Below the pieces are notes generated by a model that worked only from the letters and a program-made list of their open reading frames with translations, searched no databases and was not told the DNA's origin. The position numbers and the translations under genes were made by a program. A DNA stretch of 59,582 nt, counting the filler. It is 3 parts of 3 records of this genome, joined end to end, with 100 filler letters (N's around TTAATTAATTAA, not from the genome) between each part and the next. Parts side by side here need not be neighbours in the genome. Positions count along the whole stretch, not along the records: positions 1 to 29,793 come from SRR22947725_4813; positions 29,894 to 48,569 come from SRR22947725_4823; 1 more part is not named here. One strand, given 5' to 3'. This document shows, in pieces, positions 21,792-33,637 of this stretch (the stretch's first letter is position 1; every line of letters begins with the position of its first letter).

Positions 21792-22256
21792 CTAGGAGTT
21801 GCCGAGAGAAGCCATGCTGAGTGCTGCCTGCACGGCCTCGGCACCCTTGTCTTCTTTAGAAGCCTCAAGGCCTGCTCTTGCCAGGGCTTCCGCCTCGTTG
21901 TTTACAGTCAAGAGACCGAAACCTACTGGCACATTTGAATCAAGTTGGACTCTAGTTAGCCCGTCGGTGGCGGCACTGCAGACGTAGTCGAAGTGGGGGG
22001 TTTCTCCCTGGATTACTACACCTAGGGCGATGATTGCCTGAGCTCCCTGGTCCGCCGCTCTTTGGGCGGCAAGGGGCAGTTCAAATGCCCCGGGCACTCT
22101 CCAAATGGTGACGTCCGTGGCTCCAGATTTCGCAAGCTCTTTGCGAGCACCGGCAAGCAGCCCATCCATGATTTGGGTGTGCCAAGAAGTGGCTAGGACA
22201 TATATTTTTAGGCCCTCGCCGCTCACATCTAGTTGCGGTGCTCCGCTCCCACTCAC
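21792..22256 (-). CDS. ribH: 6,7-dimethyl-8-ribityllumazine synthase
   Basis: VPGAFELP, GVVIQGETPHFDYVC, KGAEA. Confidence 0.96.
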   Translation of the reverse strand: MSGSGAPQLDVSGEGLKIYVLATSWHTQIMDGLLAGARKELAKSGATDVTIWRVPGAFELPLAAQRAADQGAQAIIALGVVIQGETPHFDYVCSAATDGLTRVQLDSNVPVGFGLLTVNNEAEALARAGLEASKEDKGAEAVQAALSMASLGNS

Positions 22257-23494
22257 TACTTCAGGTTAGCGGGAATCGTGTGGCCCATGCGAGCGCGCTT
22301 TGCCTCTAGGTAGCCAAGGTTTTCGTCCGCAAGACCAACAATCAGCGGCACGGTCTCGTTGACGGGGATACCCCCATCTTCGAGGTAGCGCTTCTTCGCT
22401 GGGTTGTTAGTTAGCAGGCGAACACTCTTGATTCCGAGGTCACGCAAGATCGCCACGGCTGCCCCGTACTCCCTTGCCTCGCTTGGCAGACCAAGAGCCA
22501 GGTTGGCATCGACAGTGTCGAGGCCCTCCTCTTGGAGTGAGTAAGCCTTGAGCTTGTTTAGAAGACCAATGCCGCGACCCTCTTGGCCACGAAGATAGAC
22601 GACTACGCCACCGGTCTTCTCAAGTCCGATAGCGTCCATAGCGCCCTCTAGCTGCGGGCCACACTCACACTTGAGTGATCCAAAAGCTTCTCCGGTGATG
22701 CACTCGGAGTGAAGTCTGACGAGAACGTCCTCGCTGCCAATGTCACCGGCAATGATTGCCACGTGGTCAGCGGTTGTCTGCACGTCGTAGTAGCCGCGCA
22801 CTTTGAAGTCGCCGTGGGTGGTAGGAAGCTTTGCCTCTGCCTCAAACCGGATTCGGTTGGTGCTGCTCTTTCGCTCCGGGGAGCGCTTCTCCAGGTGGTC
22901 ACGGAGGTGCGAAATTGTGCTCATAGGTAAGTCAAACCTCTGGGCAACCTCAAATAATTCCCCTCCCCGCATCATGGTTCCGTCGTCGTTCACCAGTTCG
23001 GCCATCAGAGCCACTGGTTCCAGGCCAGCCATTTCCAGAAGTTGGACAGCAGCTTCGGTGTGGCCAGCTCGTTCCTGCACTCCACCGGGAACCGCTCGGA
23101 GCGGAATGACGTGCCCAGGTCGAATCAAAGAGGCCGGAGTCGAGTGCGGGTTAGCAAGTACGTTTGCGGTGTTCGCGCGCTCTGCCGCCGAGATGCCGGT
23201 TGACTTGCGGTTCGCGGCGTCAACGCTAACGGTGTATGCAGTCTGGTGTGGGTCTTCGCTGTTGAGCCACATCAGCGGCAGCTCTAGTTGGTTTGCTCGG
23301 TCTTGGCTCATTGGCGCGCAAAGATACCCAGAGGTGTAGCGCACCATCCAGGCCACCCACTCTGCAGTCGCGAACTGGGCCGCGATGATCGCATCGCCCT
23401 CGTTCTCCCGATCCTCGGCATCAGAGATGATGACTGGCTTGCCCTCCCTGAGGGCCGCCAGCACCTGATCTATGCCGCTGTACTTGATGTTCAC
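22256..23494 (-). CDS. ribBA: DHBP synthase / GTP cyclohydrolase II
   Basis: EDRENEGD, RPGHV, GHTEAA; RLHSECITGE..SLKCECG, QEGRGIGL, LLTNNP. Confidence 0.95.
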   Translation of the reverse strand: MNIKYSGIDQVLAALREGKPVIISDAEDRENEGDAIIAAQFATAEWVAWMVRYTSGYLCAPMSQDRANQLELPLMWLNSEDPHQTAYTVSVDAANRKSTGISAAERANTANVLANPHSTPASLIRPGHVIPLRAVPGGVQERAGHTEAAVQLLEMAGLEPVALMAELVNDDGTMMRGGELFEVAQRFDLPMSTISHLRDHLEKRSPERKSSTNRIRFEAEAKLPTTHGDFKVRGYYDVQTTADHVAIIAGDIGSEDVLVRLHSECITGEAFGSLKCECGPQLEGAMDAIGLEKTGGVVVYLRGQEGRGIGLLNKLKAYSLQEEGLDTVDANLALGLPSEAREYGAAVAILRDLGIKSVRLLTNNPAKKRYLEDGGIPVNETVPLIVGLADENLGYLEAKRARMGHTIPANLK

Positions 23495-24081
23495 TTGTAC
23501 TCCATCAGCCTTTCGATGTGCTTTGCCAGCACGTCGGCCTCAACATTTACTTTGTCCCCGGGCTTTTTATAGCCAAGGGTTGTGACCGTTAGGGTCTCTG
23601 GAATCAGACTTAGGGCAATCACGTCGTCTTCGATGTCGTTGACGGTCAATGAGATGCCATCAAGAGTGATTGAGCCCTTGTGCACGACGTACTTCATCAA
23701 CTCGGCAGGAATGCGAATCTTCACCCAGTCCCAGTTGTCGCTCTTCTCTCTAGAGACAAACTCACCGACTCCGTCAACGTGACCCTGGACGATGTGACCA
23801 CCAAAGCGGGTTTTGTTGCTCATGGCCCGCTCTAGGTTGATTGGGTCGCCCACCTGCACACCATCTAGGCTCGAGCGCTTTAGAGTCTCGAGCATCACGT
23901 CTGCGGTGAAGCCTTTGTCGTCAATCTCAATGGCGGTGAGGCAGGTACCGGAGCAGGAGATTGAGTCTCCGCGACCAAGATCCGAAAGCACCTTGTCGCA
24001 ACCAATTGTCAGCCTGATTGCGTCCGGCTGCTTCTCGATTGCTAGCACTTTTCCTAGCTCTTCAATGATCCCTGTGAACAT
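23491..24081 (-). CDS. ribE: Riboflavin synthase
   Basis: MFTGIIEE N-terminus, GTCLT, GGHIVQGHVDG, KGSITLDGISLT. Confidence 0.96.
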   Translation of the reverse strand: MFTGIIEELGKVLAIEKQPDAIRLTIGCDKVLSDLGRGDSISCSGTCLTAIEIDDKGFTADVMLETLKRSSLDGVQVGDPINLERAMSNKTRFGGHIVQGHVDGVGEFVSREKSDNWDWVKIRIPAELMKYVVHKGSITLDGISLTVNDIEDDVIALSLIPETLTVTTLGYKKPGDKVNVEADVLAKHIERLMEYK

Positions 24082-25106
24082 TAGGCTCTCCTTGCTCTAA
24101 TAAATAGGTCGTTATCGAGCAGCTTTTGCTCGACAATCTCAATGTCGATGGCCTCAGCCATCGAACCAACTCCGATGTCCTCGAGGGCAACCCTCGGCCC
24201 GCCAAGCAGCATGGGCGCTAGGTAAATGATGAATTCGTCCACCAGCCCTAATTTGACAAACTTGCTCGCAACGTTGGGACCACCTTCCACCCAGAGGTGC
24301 TTGACGCCCCGAGAAAAAAGCTCAACCAAGGCTTCCTGGATGTTTCTGGTCTTGAGGTGCAGGGTCTCGGCCTTGTCGTTGAAAACACGCAGGGTGTCGG
24401 AAAGCTCGCGCTCGCCTAGGATGACCCTGAGCGGCTGGTGCTGGAAGTAGCCGCCGTCTGCCGTGCGGGCAGTCAGCTCCGGGTCATCGGCAAGCACGGT
24501 GCCGGTGCCGACCAAGATGGCATCAACCTCACTTCTTCTGAGGTGGCCATCAGAGCGTGACTGCTCTCCTGAAATCCATTTGCTACTGCCGTCGCCTGCG
24601 GCACTCCTGCCATCAAGGCTGCTTGCCCACTTCAGAGTCACAAAGGGCCTGCCAAGCCGGTTTGCAGTGAGCCAGATGCGCCCTTGTTCCTCTGCTTCTG
24701 CCTCGCAAACTCCAGCGACTACCTCGACACCTGACTGGCGCAGAAACTCTCCACCACCACTAGAGTCCTGACCTGGATCGGCAACTGCGTAGACAACTCG
24801 GCTAATACCTGCTTCTAGAAGCGCTTTCGAGCAGGGTCCGGTTTTGCCGGTGTGGTTGCAGGGCTCGAGTGTCACCACTGCTGTGTGGCCAGCGGGAAAA
24901 GTGCTGACTCCAAGTTTTTCCTTGAGGGCGCTGATGGCCATGACCTCGGCGTGGTTGGTCCCGGAACCTTGGTGGTAACCCTCAGCAACAATCTCGTTGT
25001 CCGCGTTCAGGATCACCGCTCCCACCTGAGGGTTTACCCCATGGATTGGACCGAGTAGGGCAAGCTCAAGCGCGCGGTGCATTGCCGCATCGAATTGGCT
25101 TGTCAT
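24081..25106 (-). CDS. ribD: Riboflavin biosynthesis deaminase/reductase
   Basis: NPQVGAV, HAE, TLEPCNHTGKTGPC, ASSLDG, VEGG. Confidence 0.96.
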   Translation of the reverse strand: MTSQFDAAMHRALELALLGPIHGVNPQVGAVILNADNEIVAEGYHQGSGTNHAEVMAISALKEKLGVSTFPAGHTAVVTLEPCNHTGKTGPCSKALLEAGISRVVYAVADPGQDSSGGGEFLRQSGVEVVAGVCEAEAEEQGRIWLTANRLGRPFVTLKWASSLDGRSAAGDGSSKWISGEQSRSDGHLRRSEVDAILVGTGTVLADDPELTARTADGGYFQHQPLRVILGERELSDTLRVFNDKAETLHLKTRNIQEALVELFSRGVKHLWVEGGPNVASKFVKLGLVDEFIIYLAPMLLGGPRVALEDIGVGSMAEAIDIEIVEQKLLDNDLFIRARRA

Positions 25107-25164
25107 CCTGCCCTCTTTCTAAGCGCAGGACAGGGCAGGGAATACGGGAGCGCGAAGCATCCCG

Positions 25165-25307
25165 AGTTCTTCTCCCATCCGGACTTTACCGTCGGTATCG
25201 GAGTTTCACCGATTCAACCGCCTGGGGTCTAACCGCTGGCTGCGGAGTTCCCAGTCGGGTCGCGGACTATTACCGCCGGTTCAGAATTTCACTGACCCCG
25301 AAGAACT
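25165..25307 (-). ncRNA. FMN riboswitch (RFN element)
   Basis: Minus strand reads TCTTCGGGGTCAGTGAAATTCTGAACCGGCGGTAATAGTCCGCGA...CGGTGAAACTCCGATACCGACGGTAAAGTCCGGATGGGAGAAGA. P1 is AGTTCTTC/GAAGAACT; lies directly upstream of ribD. Confidence 0.95.
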
Positions 25308-25348
25308 GTGCTTATTTAGAACAATACTCTTTTGGGCTGATAAATTCC

Positions 25349-27168
<1,820 letters not shown>

Positions 27169-27184
27169 GGAACTAACTTAGGAG

Positions 27185-27637
27185 CTAGATCAGCGCATAG
27201 AGGTCACTGCCCCGCACTTCCAGCTGAATTTTCCCAAGCGGGCTCTTCGCAGGCCCGGCAACTGGCTCTCCGCTATCTGGGTTAAACCTTGCTCCGTGAC
27301 AGCCGCAGGCGATCTCATCGTCGCGAATGCCGGTGACAATGCAACCTGCGTGGGTGCACTTTGCGGAGAATGCCCTAAAGACGCCTTCTTTTGGCTGAGT
27401 TACCAGAATCGTCAGGCTTTCGTCCACCATGAACTTGGTGCCGGAGCCGACCATCACGTCTGAGGTGGAGCCAAGCAGGATCTCACCGGCAAGCTCTTGA
27501 GGAGCCTCATCTACGGTTGCCGAGGGTGGAGTGGTTTCTACCGGCTCTGGTTCGACCTCAGCGGCACAAGCTGCCAGGGTAACCATGCCGGTCGCGGCAA
27601 TACCGGAGGCGACGACGGTTCTTCTTGTTACAGGCAT
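27185..27637 (-). CDS. Rieske [2Fe-2S] protein, predicted Tat lipoprotein
   Basis: TRRTVV Tat motif, LAAC lipobox, CTHAGC and CGCHGARF ligand motifs. Confidence 0.88.
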   Translation of the reverse strand: MPVTRRTVVASGIAATGMVTLAACAAEVEPEPVETTPPSATVDEAPQELAGEILLGSTSDVMVGSGTKFMVDESLTILVTQPKEGVFRAFSAKCTHAGCIVTGIRDDEIACGCHGARFNPDSGEPVAGPAKSPLGKIQLEVRGSDLYALI

Positions 27638-27660
27638 AGCCTGTCCAACAAAAAAGCTGC

Positions 27661-28392
27661 TTAGGGTCTTCCCCGCAAAATGGCCTGCTTTACCTCGGCA
27701 ATTGCCTTGGTAACCTCGATGCCCCTGGGGCAGGCCTCGGTGCAGTTAAAGGTGGTGCGGCAGCGCCAGACACCCTCTTTGTCGTTCAGGATGTCGATTC
27801 TTACCTGGGCACCTTCGTCTCGGGAGTCGAAGATGAATCTGTGGGCATTGACGATTGCGGCCGGACCGAAGTACTGACCGTCGGTCCAGAACACAGGGCA
27901 GCTCGTGGTGCAGGCAGCACACAAAATGCACTTGGTGGTGTCGTCGTAGCGAGCCCTATCCTCTGGGGACTGCAGCCTCTCCTTGGTGGGAGTATCGGAT
28001 GCCATCAAGAATGGGTTGATGTCGCGGTAGGCCTGGTAGAAGGGCTCCATGTTGACAATCAAGTCCTTCTCAACTGGAAGCCCCTTGATTGGCTCGATGT
28101 AAATGGGGTTAGAAATGTCTAGGTCTTTGATCAGAGTCTTGCAGGCAAGACGGTTCCGACCGTTGATGCGCATGGCGTCTGAGCCGCAGACGCCGTGGGC
28201 GCAGGAGCGACGGAAAGTCAGCGAGCCATCGATTTCCCACTTGATCTTGTGGAGGGCATCTAGCACGCGATCGGTGCCAAACATCTCTATGTCGTAGTCG
28301 ACCCACTTAGGCTCCTGGTCAACCTCTGGATCAAACCTTCTGATCATTAGGGTGACGGTGAAGCTCGCTACCTCAGCGATTGCCTTATCCAT
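27661..28392 (-). CDS. sdhB: Succinate dehydrogenase Fe-S subunit
   Basis: SCAHGVCGSD, CILCAACTTSCP, CRTTFNCTEACP. Confidence 0.97.
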   Translation of the reverse strand: MDKAIAEVASFTVTLMIRRFDPEVDQEPKWVDYDIEMFGTDRVLDALHKIKWEIDGSLTFRRSCAHGVCGSDAMRINGRNRLACKTLIKDLDISNPIYIEPIKGLPVEKDLIVNMEPFYQAYRDINPFLMASDTPTKERLQSPEDRARYDDTTKCILCAACTTSCPVFWTDGQYFGPAAIVNAHRFIFDSRDEGAQVRIDILNDKEGVWRCRTTFNCTEACPRGIEVTKAIAEVKQAILRGRP

Positions 28393-29793
28393 TAGTACTT
28401 ACGCTCCATTGGCTGGTAGTTGGTGATGACGACGGGCTTCCAATCCACCTTGATGTCGATCCCGGTCTTCTTGTCAATCTTGTTCTGCTTATAGGCCATC
28501 GAGTGAACCATGAACTTCTTGTCGTTTCGCTCGGTGTAGTCCTCGCGCAGGTGGGCACCCCTGCTCTCGCGGCGCTCGCGACAGGTGATGACCGTTACCT
28601 CTGCAAGATCTAGCAGGAAGCCCAGTTCGACTGCCTCTAGCAAATCGGTATTGAACCTTTTGCCCTGGTCTTGCACCGAGATCTTCTCGTAGCGCTTTCT
28701 CAGCTCGGCAATCTTTGCTAGCGCCTCGTTTAGAGTCTCTTCGGTTCTAAACACCTGAGCGTTTTTGTCCATGGTCTCCTGCAGCTCCTTGCGAAGCTGA
28801 GCTACCTTCTCCTTGCCCTTGGCGTTTCTTACCTTTTGCAACAGCTCGAGTACATCCTTTGCAGCATCCTCAGGCATCGGGACCTGCTTCGCAGTCTTGG
28901 CGTACTCCACCGAGTACTTGCCAGCCCGCTTGCCAAAGACGTTGATGTCTAGCAGCGAGTTAGTACCCAGTCGGTTGGCTCCGTGAACTGATACACAGGC
29001 ACACTCCCCGGCGGCATAGAGTCCAGGTATAACGGTGTCGTTGTCGCTGAGCACTTCTGCCTTGATGTTGGTGGGGATGCCGCCCATTGCATAGTGAGCA
29101 GTCGGGAACACCGGCACCGGTTCGGTGTAGGGCTCCACACCTAGGTAGGTCCTTGCAAACTCGGTAATGTCAGGAAGCTTGGCATCGATTACGGCAGGCT
29201 CTAGGTGAGTCAGATCCAGCAGCACGTAATCCTTGTTTGGACCTGCACCACGTCCCTCGCGAACCTCATTCGCCATGGCACGAGCAACCATGTCTCTTGG
29301 TGCGAGGTCCTTAATTGTTGGTGCGTAACGCTCCATGAACCTCTCGCCGGAGGCGTTTCTGAGAATGCCACCTTCACCTCTAGCAGCCTCACTGAGCAAA
29401 ATGCCGAGACCTGCAAGGCCGGTTGGGTGGAACTGGTAGAACTCCATGTCCTCTAGTGGGATGCCCCTGCGGAATGCAATCGCGACGCCATCACCTGTGA
29501 GGGTGTGGGCGTTGGAGGTGGTCTTGTAGATCTTTCCGAAGCCGCCGGTTGCAAACACGATGGACTTGCCCGCAAAAACGTGAATCTCACCGGTAGCCAA
29601 TTCGTAGGCAACAACACCCGCTGGCTTTCCTTCGTTCATAACCAGGTCCAGAACATAGAACTCGTTGTAGAACTCGATGCCGAGCTTGACGCAGGTTTGG
29701 TAGAGGGTCTGCAGAATCATGTGGCCGGTGCGGTCAGCTGCGTAGCAGCTTCTTCTAACTGGAGCCTTGCCGTGGTCTCTGGTGTGACCACCA
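28392..29793 (-). CDS. sdhA: Succinate dehydrogenase flavoprotein (5' truncated at contig end)
   Basis: Frame is open to 29793 (GGHTRDHGKAPVRRSCYAADRTGH); QFHPT, SEAARGEG, HYAMGG, HGANRLG, ESRGAH. Confidence 0.96.
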
Positions 29794-29893
29794 NNNNNNN
29801 NNNNNNNNNNNNNNNNNNNNNNNNNNNNNNNNNNNNNTTAATTAATTAANNNNNNNNNNNNNNNNNNNNNNNNNNNNNNNNNNNNNNNNNNNN
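29794..29893. other. Artificial contig-joining spacer
   Basis: 44 N + TTAATTAATTAA (stops in all frames) + 44 N. Confidence 0.99.
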
Positions 29894-31552
29894 GATGTCG
29901 ACAATACCGAGGACGAGGAGGACGGCGGCGTGACAATGCGGGGTGGAAAGCCGGTGCGATCCTTCGCCACGGACGCCTTGGAGGGTGCCGCAGAACATAA
30001 GGAGACTGTTGAGAGGCTCAAATCAAAGCTCCGGGCCGCCGAAGATAAGTTGCTGCAGATCGAGGCGGAGGTGCGGGACGAGGTGGCCACCGAGATGACG
30101 CAGATCATCGACACGGTTGAGGCAACGTACAAGCAGCAGATCGAGGACGACGCAAAAAAGGCCGAGTCGAGGATGAAAGCCCTTGAAATGAAGCATGAGA
30201 AGGAAATCCTCGGTTTCGAGCGTGCGATCGAGTCCCATCTGGGGGAGCTCGACGAGCTACGGAGCCACGTGGCAGAACTTGAGCGGCGGGCGTCCAAACG
30301 TCGCAAAAAACTCGCCGCTGCCGAAGACGACGCGCAGCGCTACAAGATAGCACTGAATGATGCGCTGTCCGAGATTGAAAAGCTGCACGGGATTATCGAG
30401 CAGGAGGAGGAGGCCAACGCCAAGCTTGCGGCGTCGTTGTCGGATATCCTGCGGGAGCAGTCGCTGCCGGACAGCCCAGACACCAACTGCGGGGATCTTG
30501 GTGAGCTAGATGATCTAGGCGGGGTTGATAAAGTTGATGGAGTTGATGGAGTTGATAGGACTCGCCAATCGAAAGGCCTTTCCGGAGCCGCAGCAAAGAT
30601 CAGGCGTATCAAGAGGGAGGTGACCCAGATCGAGGCCAACAACGCCATGGAGAAGGACATGTCGGATCATCTCATCGATCGCCTGAAAAAGGACAACGAT
30701 GCGCTCAGATCGAAGCTCGCTGCGATGACACACGCCATTGAGACGTGCTGCACGCCGTCCCGCAATGCCGTCATGCAGAACCTCGTGTCGGCGTGCCCAC
30801 CCGGGCAAGGACGGGGAGCAAGTGGGACGCCTCATGATGTGGCGTTGGCCCGGGCTCGTCGACTCATCGACTCTCCTATAACGCGAGAGGAGTCTCCCAG
30901 GACCTCTGCGAAGTCCAGATTCGCCAAAGAGGCCGCGACCGACTCGCCAAAGCTGCTCGGCGGCAAGTCCAGGCCGGCTAGCCTTCGAGAGGTCGACGAG
31001 GGCGATGATGTCCACCTCCTTGGATCTCCGGGACCTGAATCCATCGAATATGAGACTCAAGTCACCCCGAGAGAAGTGTGTGAGGGCCCCGAGCCCGATG
31101 GAGCTGACGGGACCATGGGGGCTGGCGCTGATATCACCAAAGTCGAGCCTCTCCAGGCCATGGAGGGGGCGAACTGCCAGGAAACCTTGCTGCGGCGGAG
31201 CCCCAGGCATAGTCCCCGACGCAGTCCGCGAATTGAGAGGAACAACGCAGGAGATGGATTTCAGGACACCCCCGAGGCCAAGTTGCCCAAGACGTCGACA
31301 CGCGTGACGAGGCGGCCCCGTGGGAAAAACGGGAAACGGGGTCCGGAATCGGCGAAGACATCCACTCTCTGTGGTGATCATGATGATCAAGTGCCCCCCT
31401 CAACGGCGACAAAGACGCGCAAGCTCCTGGCAGCCAGCAAGACACCGGGCTCAGTGCGGATATTGAGCGTGTCGAACTCGAACACGGCCAAAACGAAAGG
31501 CCGCCGCAACTTGGGTCTACCGACCGCCAAAGAACTCGGCTTCAAAACCTAA
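29894..31552 (+). CDS. 5'-truncated eukaryotic coiled-coil protein with disordered Ser/Thr-Pro-rich tail (possibly a kinesin-6-like stalk/tail)
   Basis: Frame open from contig start; heptad-rich LKSKLRAAEDKLLQIEAEVRDEVATEM; SPR repeats; TGTAA after the stop. The kinesin call is a weak recalled resemblance only. Confidence 0.5.
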   Translation, partial: DVDNTEDEEDGGVTMRGGKPVRSFATDALEGAAEHKETVERLKSKLRAAEDKLLQIEAEVRDEVATEMTQIIDTVEATYKQQIEDDAKKAESRMKALEMKHEKEILGFERAIESHLGELDELRSHVAELERRASKRRKKLAAAEDDAQRYKIALNDALSEIEKLHGIIEQEEEANAKLAASLSDILREQSLPDSPDTNCGDLGELDDLGGVDKVDGVDGVDRTRQSKGLSGAAAKIRRIKREVTQIEANNAMEKDMSDHLIDRLKKDNDALRSKLAAMTHAIETCCTPSRNAVMQNLVSACPPGQGRGASGTPHDVALARARRLIDSPITREESPRTSAKSRFAKEAATDSPKLLGGKSRPASLREVDEGDDVHLLGSPGPESIEYETQVTPREVCEGPEPDGADGTMGAGADITKVEPLQAMEGANCQETLLRRSPRHSPRRSPRIERNNAGDGFQDTPEAKLPKTSTRVTRRPRGKNGKRGPESAKTSTLCGDHDDQVPPSTATKTRKLLAASKTPGSVRILSVSNSNTAKTKGRRNLGLPTAKELGFKT

Positions 31553-31597
31553 TTACATCGTTTCCTATGCGTGTAAGCTCGCATGAAGACCATGCGA

Positions 31598-33637
31598 TTA
31601 CGGTGCTTCCTCGGCCGCCACACCCACCTCTGCCACCCACGAAAGGCGCACAGACTCGAGCGCCAGATTGATCAGGGCGCTATGTTGTTTGTGGTTCTGC
31701 TTTTTTGACTTTCCCGTCGCGGCGCCCCCTGTTCGTTGCTTTTTAGCCCCTGCCGTGACCGGCGCGACCGGATCCTGTACGGCGGTCGTCAAATTGCCCT
31801 CACCGAGGACCTTCAGCGCCCTCTTGACGGGGATCTCGTCGCCCTCGTCCTCGAATACCTTTGATGCGTGCATAAAGGCCTCTTCATCCCTCAGAAGTGG
31901 CAATGCATCCATAAGGGCATGCGCAAATTGCTCCCTTGTGCAGCACAGCTCGCGGGCACCGACATCGGCATGATCAGCGTCATCGGCGACGCCATCCTTC
32001 GCCTCGCCCTCCGTCTCCCCGCACGCGACGTACAGTGCAACAGCAACAGCATCGTTGAGATGCTTGCGTTCTGTCAGGAATTGTTCTCGGATGCATTCCG
32101 CGAAAGCGCCCTGATTGAACTCCCGGTCCTCTTCGAACACCTTGCGCCACTCAACCTGGGTCCCCGGTTGGTCGCTCTCCAGGGCATGGAGAGCATCCCT
32201 GAACATCTCCTCGGATTTCCCATCCAATTTTCCCACCTTGAAGAACGCTCGCAGCGCGATGACCAGCTCGTCTTTGTGAATCGAGCCAGTGGCCTGGCCG
32301 TTGAGCTTGTCGAGCGCCTCGAACAGCTCTTCGAGGTCCACCTGGAGCTTGTTCTGCGCGATATAGACCTCCTCGCGGATATCGCCCACGAGCACCTTCA
32401 GGAAAAGCTCGCAGTCGGCATCCCACTGGTACTTCCAGAGACCGAAGAGAAAGTTGTAACCCAGCTCGAGCACCGCAGCCGCAATCCCCACCTTCTTCTG
32501 GAGCCACCCACCGAGAAAATCGACCAAGAGCGCGCTAGACCCTTTGCTACCCAGGGATGCGAGCCTATCTTTCCACACCTCGCGGACCATCTTCTCCGTG
32601 TCCCGCTTGCTCATGTGCTTGTTGCGGATCTTGCCCCCGAACCGGAACAGCTTGGGCACGTCCCCGCCGACGCCCATGCCGATCAACTGGTCCTTCCAGA
32701 CTTCCTCGCCTTTATCTTCGAGCATATCCAAGTACTTGTGGATCGAACCCTTGGGCTCCAACTTCGCCTCCTCCTCGAGCTTCTGCCGGGCCAGTGATCG
32801 CTTCTCCTCCAGCTCCAGGCACGACGAGAGTCGGTCGTTAATCCTCGCATTCTCCGCAATGAGCGCCTCGTGTTGGTTCCTGAGGGCAGAAATTTTCTCG
32901 ACCGTCGATTGCGCATCTTCAAGACCCGGGAGGGAGAGCACCGGCCGTGGCGTCAGCGACTGGCGCGCAACCTCCATCTCGCCTACCCTCGTAGATAGCT
33001 CATCTGCCTCCCTACACACCTCTTGATGACGCTCTAGGAGACTCGAGTGCTCTGCGGAGGTCCGCCTTAGCTCCTCCGCGAGCCGGGCGGTTTCCTCTCT
33101 GGAAGCCTCCATAGACCTCATTATCTCCCGGTACTTCTCGTCTTCATCGGGCGCGCCGCGCGTGAGCGCCTCATTCTCATCGCGGTACATCAGCGCCACT
33201 TCCTTCCATGACTCCAGCTCCCCCTTGAACTCGTCAACGCGCCCCCTGACAGACTCCAGCTCCGCAACGAGGTAGTCGTACACCCGCCTCGTGCTGCCCA
33301 TGTACGCTCCCCAGACGTCCTCCAAGTATGGCACGATGATTCGAAGCTGAGGCACACGCTCAGCATGCGTCAAAAATTCCCGAAAGGTGGACTCGTAGTA
33401 GGAGATATCCTCGGCAGCTCCCGTTGGAACGGCCGGGCTGCTCCCTGCCGTGGTGTGCCCAGCAGCGTTCGTGGCGGCGGCTCGCCGACGTGTGAGGACC
33501 CCGTGATGGACCCTTTCGATGTCTGTGAGCGAGCGCTTGCTCGTCAAGTGGGCACTGGCCGGACCGAGGATCTCCCTCATCATCGACCGGGTGAGCTTGG
33601 CTGGCGTCGAGAGAAACGCAGTGCCGTCCGTCTCCAT
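31598..33637 (-). CDS. Translin-associated factor X-interacting protein 1 (TSNAXIP1)-like
   Basis: Coiled coil followed by GMGVGGDVPKLFRFGGKIRNKHMSKRDTE and YNFLFGLWKYQWDADCELFLKVL blocks; FEEDREFNQGAF. Confidence 0.7.
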   Translation of the reverse strand: METDGTAFLSTPAKLTRSMMREILGPASAHLTSKRSLTDIERVHHGVLTRRRAAATNAAGHTTAGSSPAVPTGAAEDISYYESTFREFLTHAERVPQLRIIVPYLEDVWGAYMGSTRRVYDYLVAELESVRGRVDEFKGELESWKEVALMYRDENEALTRGAPDEDEKYREIMRSMEASREETARLAEELRRTSAEHSSLLERHQEVCREADELSTRVGEMEVARQSLTPRPVLSLPGLEDAQSTVEKISALRNQHEALIAENARINDRLSSCLELEEKRSLARQKLEEEAKLEPKGSIHKYLDMLEDKGEEVWKDQLIGMGVGGDVPKLFRFGGKIRNKHMSKRDTEKMVREVWKDRLASLGSKGSSALLVDFLGGWLQKKVGIAAAVLELGYNFLFGLWKYQWDADCELFLKVLVGDIREEVYIAQNKLQVDLEELFEALDKLNGQATGSIHKDELVIALRAFFKVGKLDGKSEEMFRDALHALESDQPGTQVEWRKVFEEDREFNQGAFAECIREQFLTERKHLNDAVAVALYVACGETEGEAKDGVADDADHADVGARELCCTREQFAHALMDALPLLRDEEAFMHASKVFEDEGDEIPVKRALKVLGEGNLTTAVQDPVAPVTAGAKKQRTGGAATGKSKKQNHKQHSALINLALESVRLSWVAEVGVAAEEAP

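Noticed and set aside
29700..30000. Apparent bacterium-to-alga gene transfer or fusion at the junctions
   Set aside because: The junctions are artificial N/TTAATTAATTAA spacers.
30500..30560. GTTGATGGA-type and CCGACT (47810-47830) short tandem repeats
   Set aside because: Ordinary low-complexity coding repeats (VDG, ES) in disordered regions.
30515..32797. Long antisense ORFs (291 aa, 309 aa; also 38932-39759, 40424-41236, 41240-42067)
   Set aside because: They mirror real genes with high third-position GC and have no motifs of their own.
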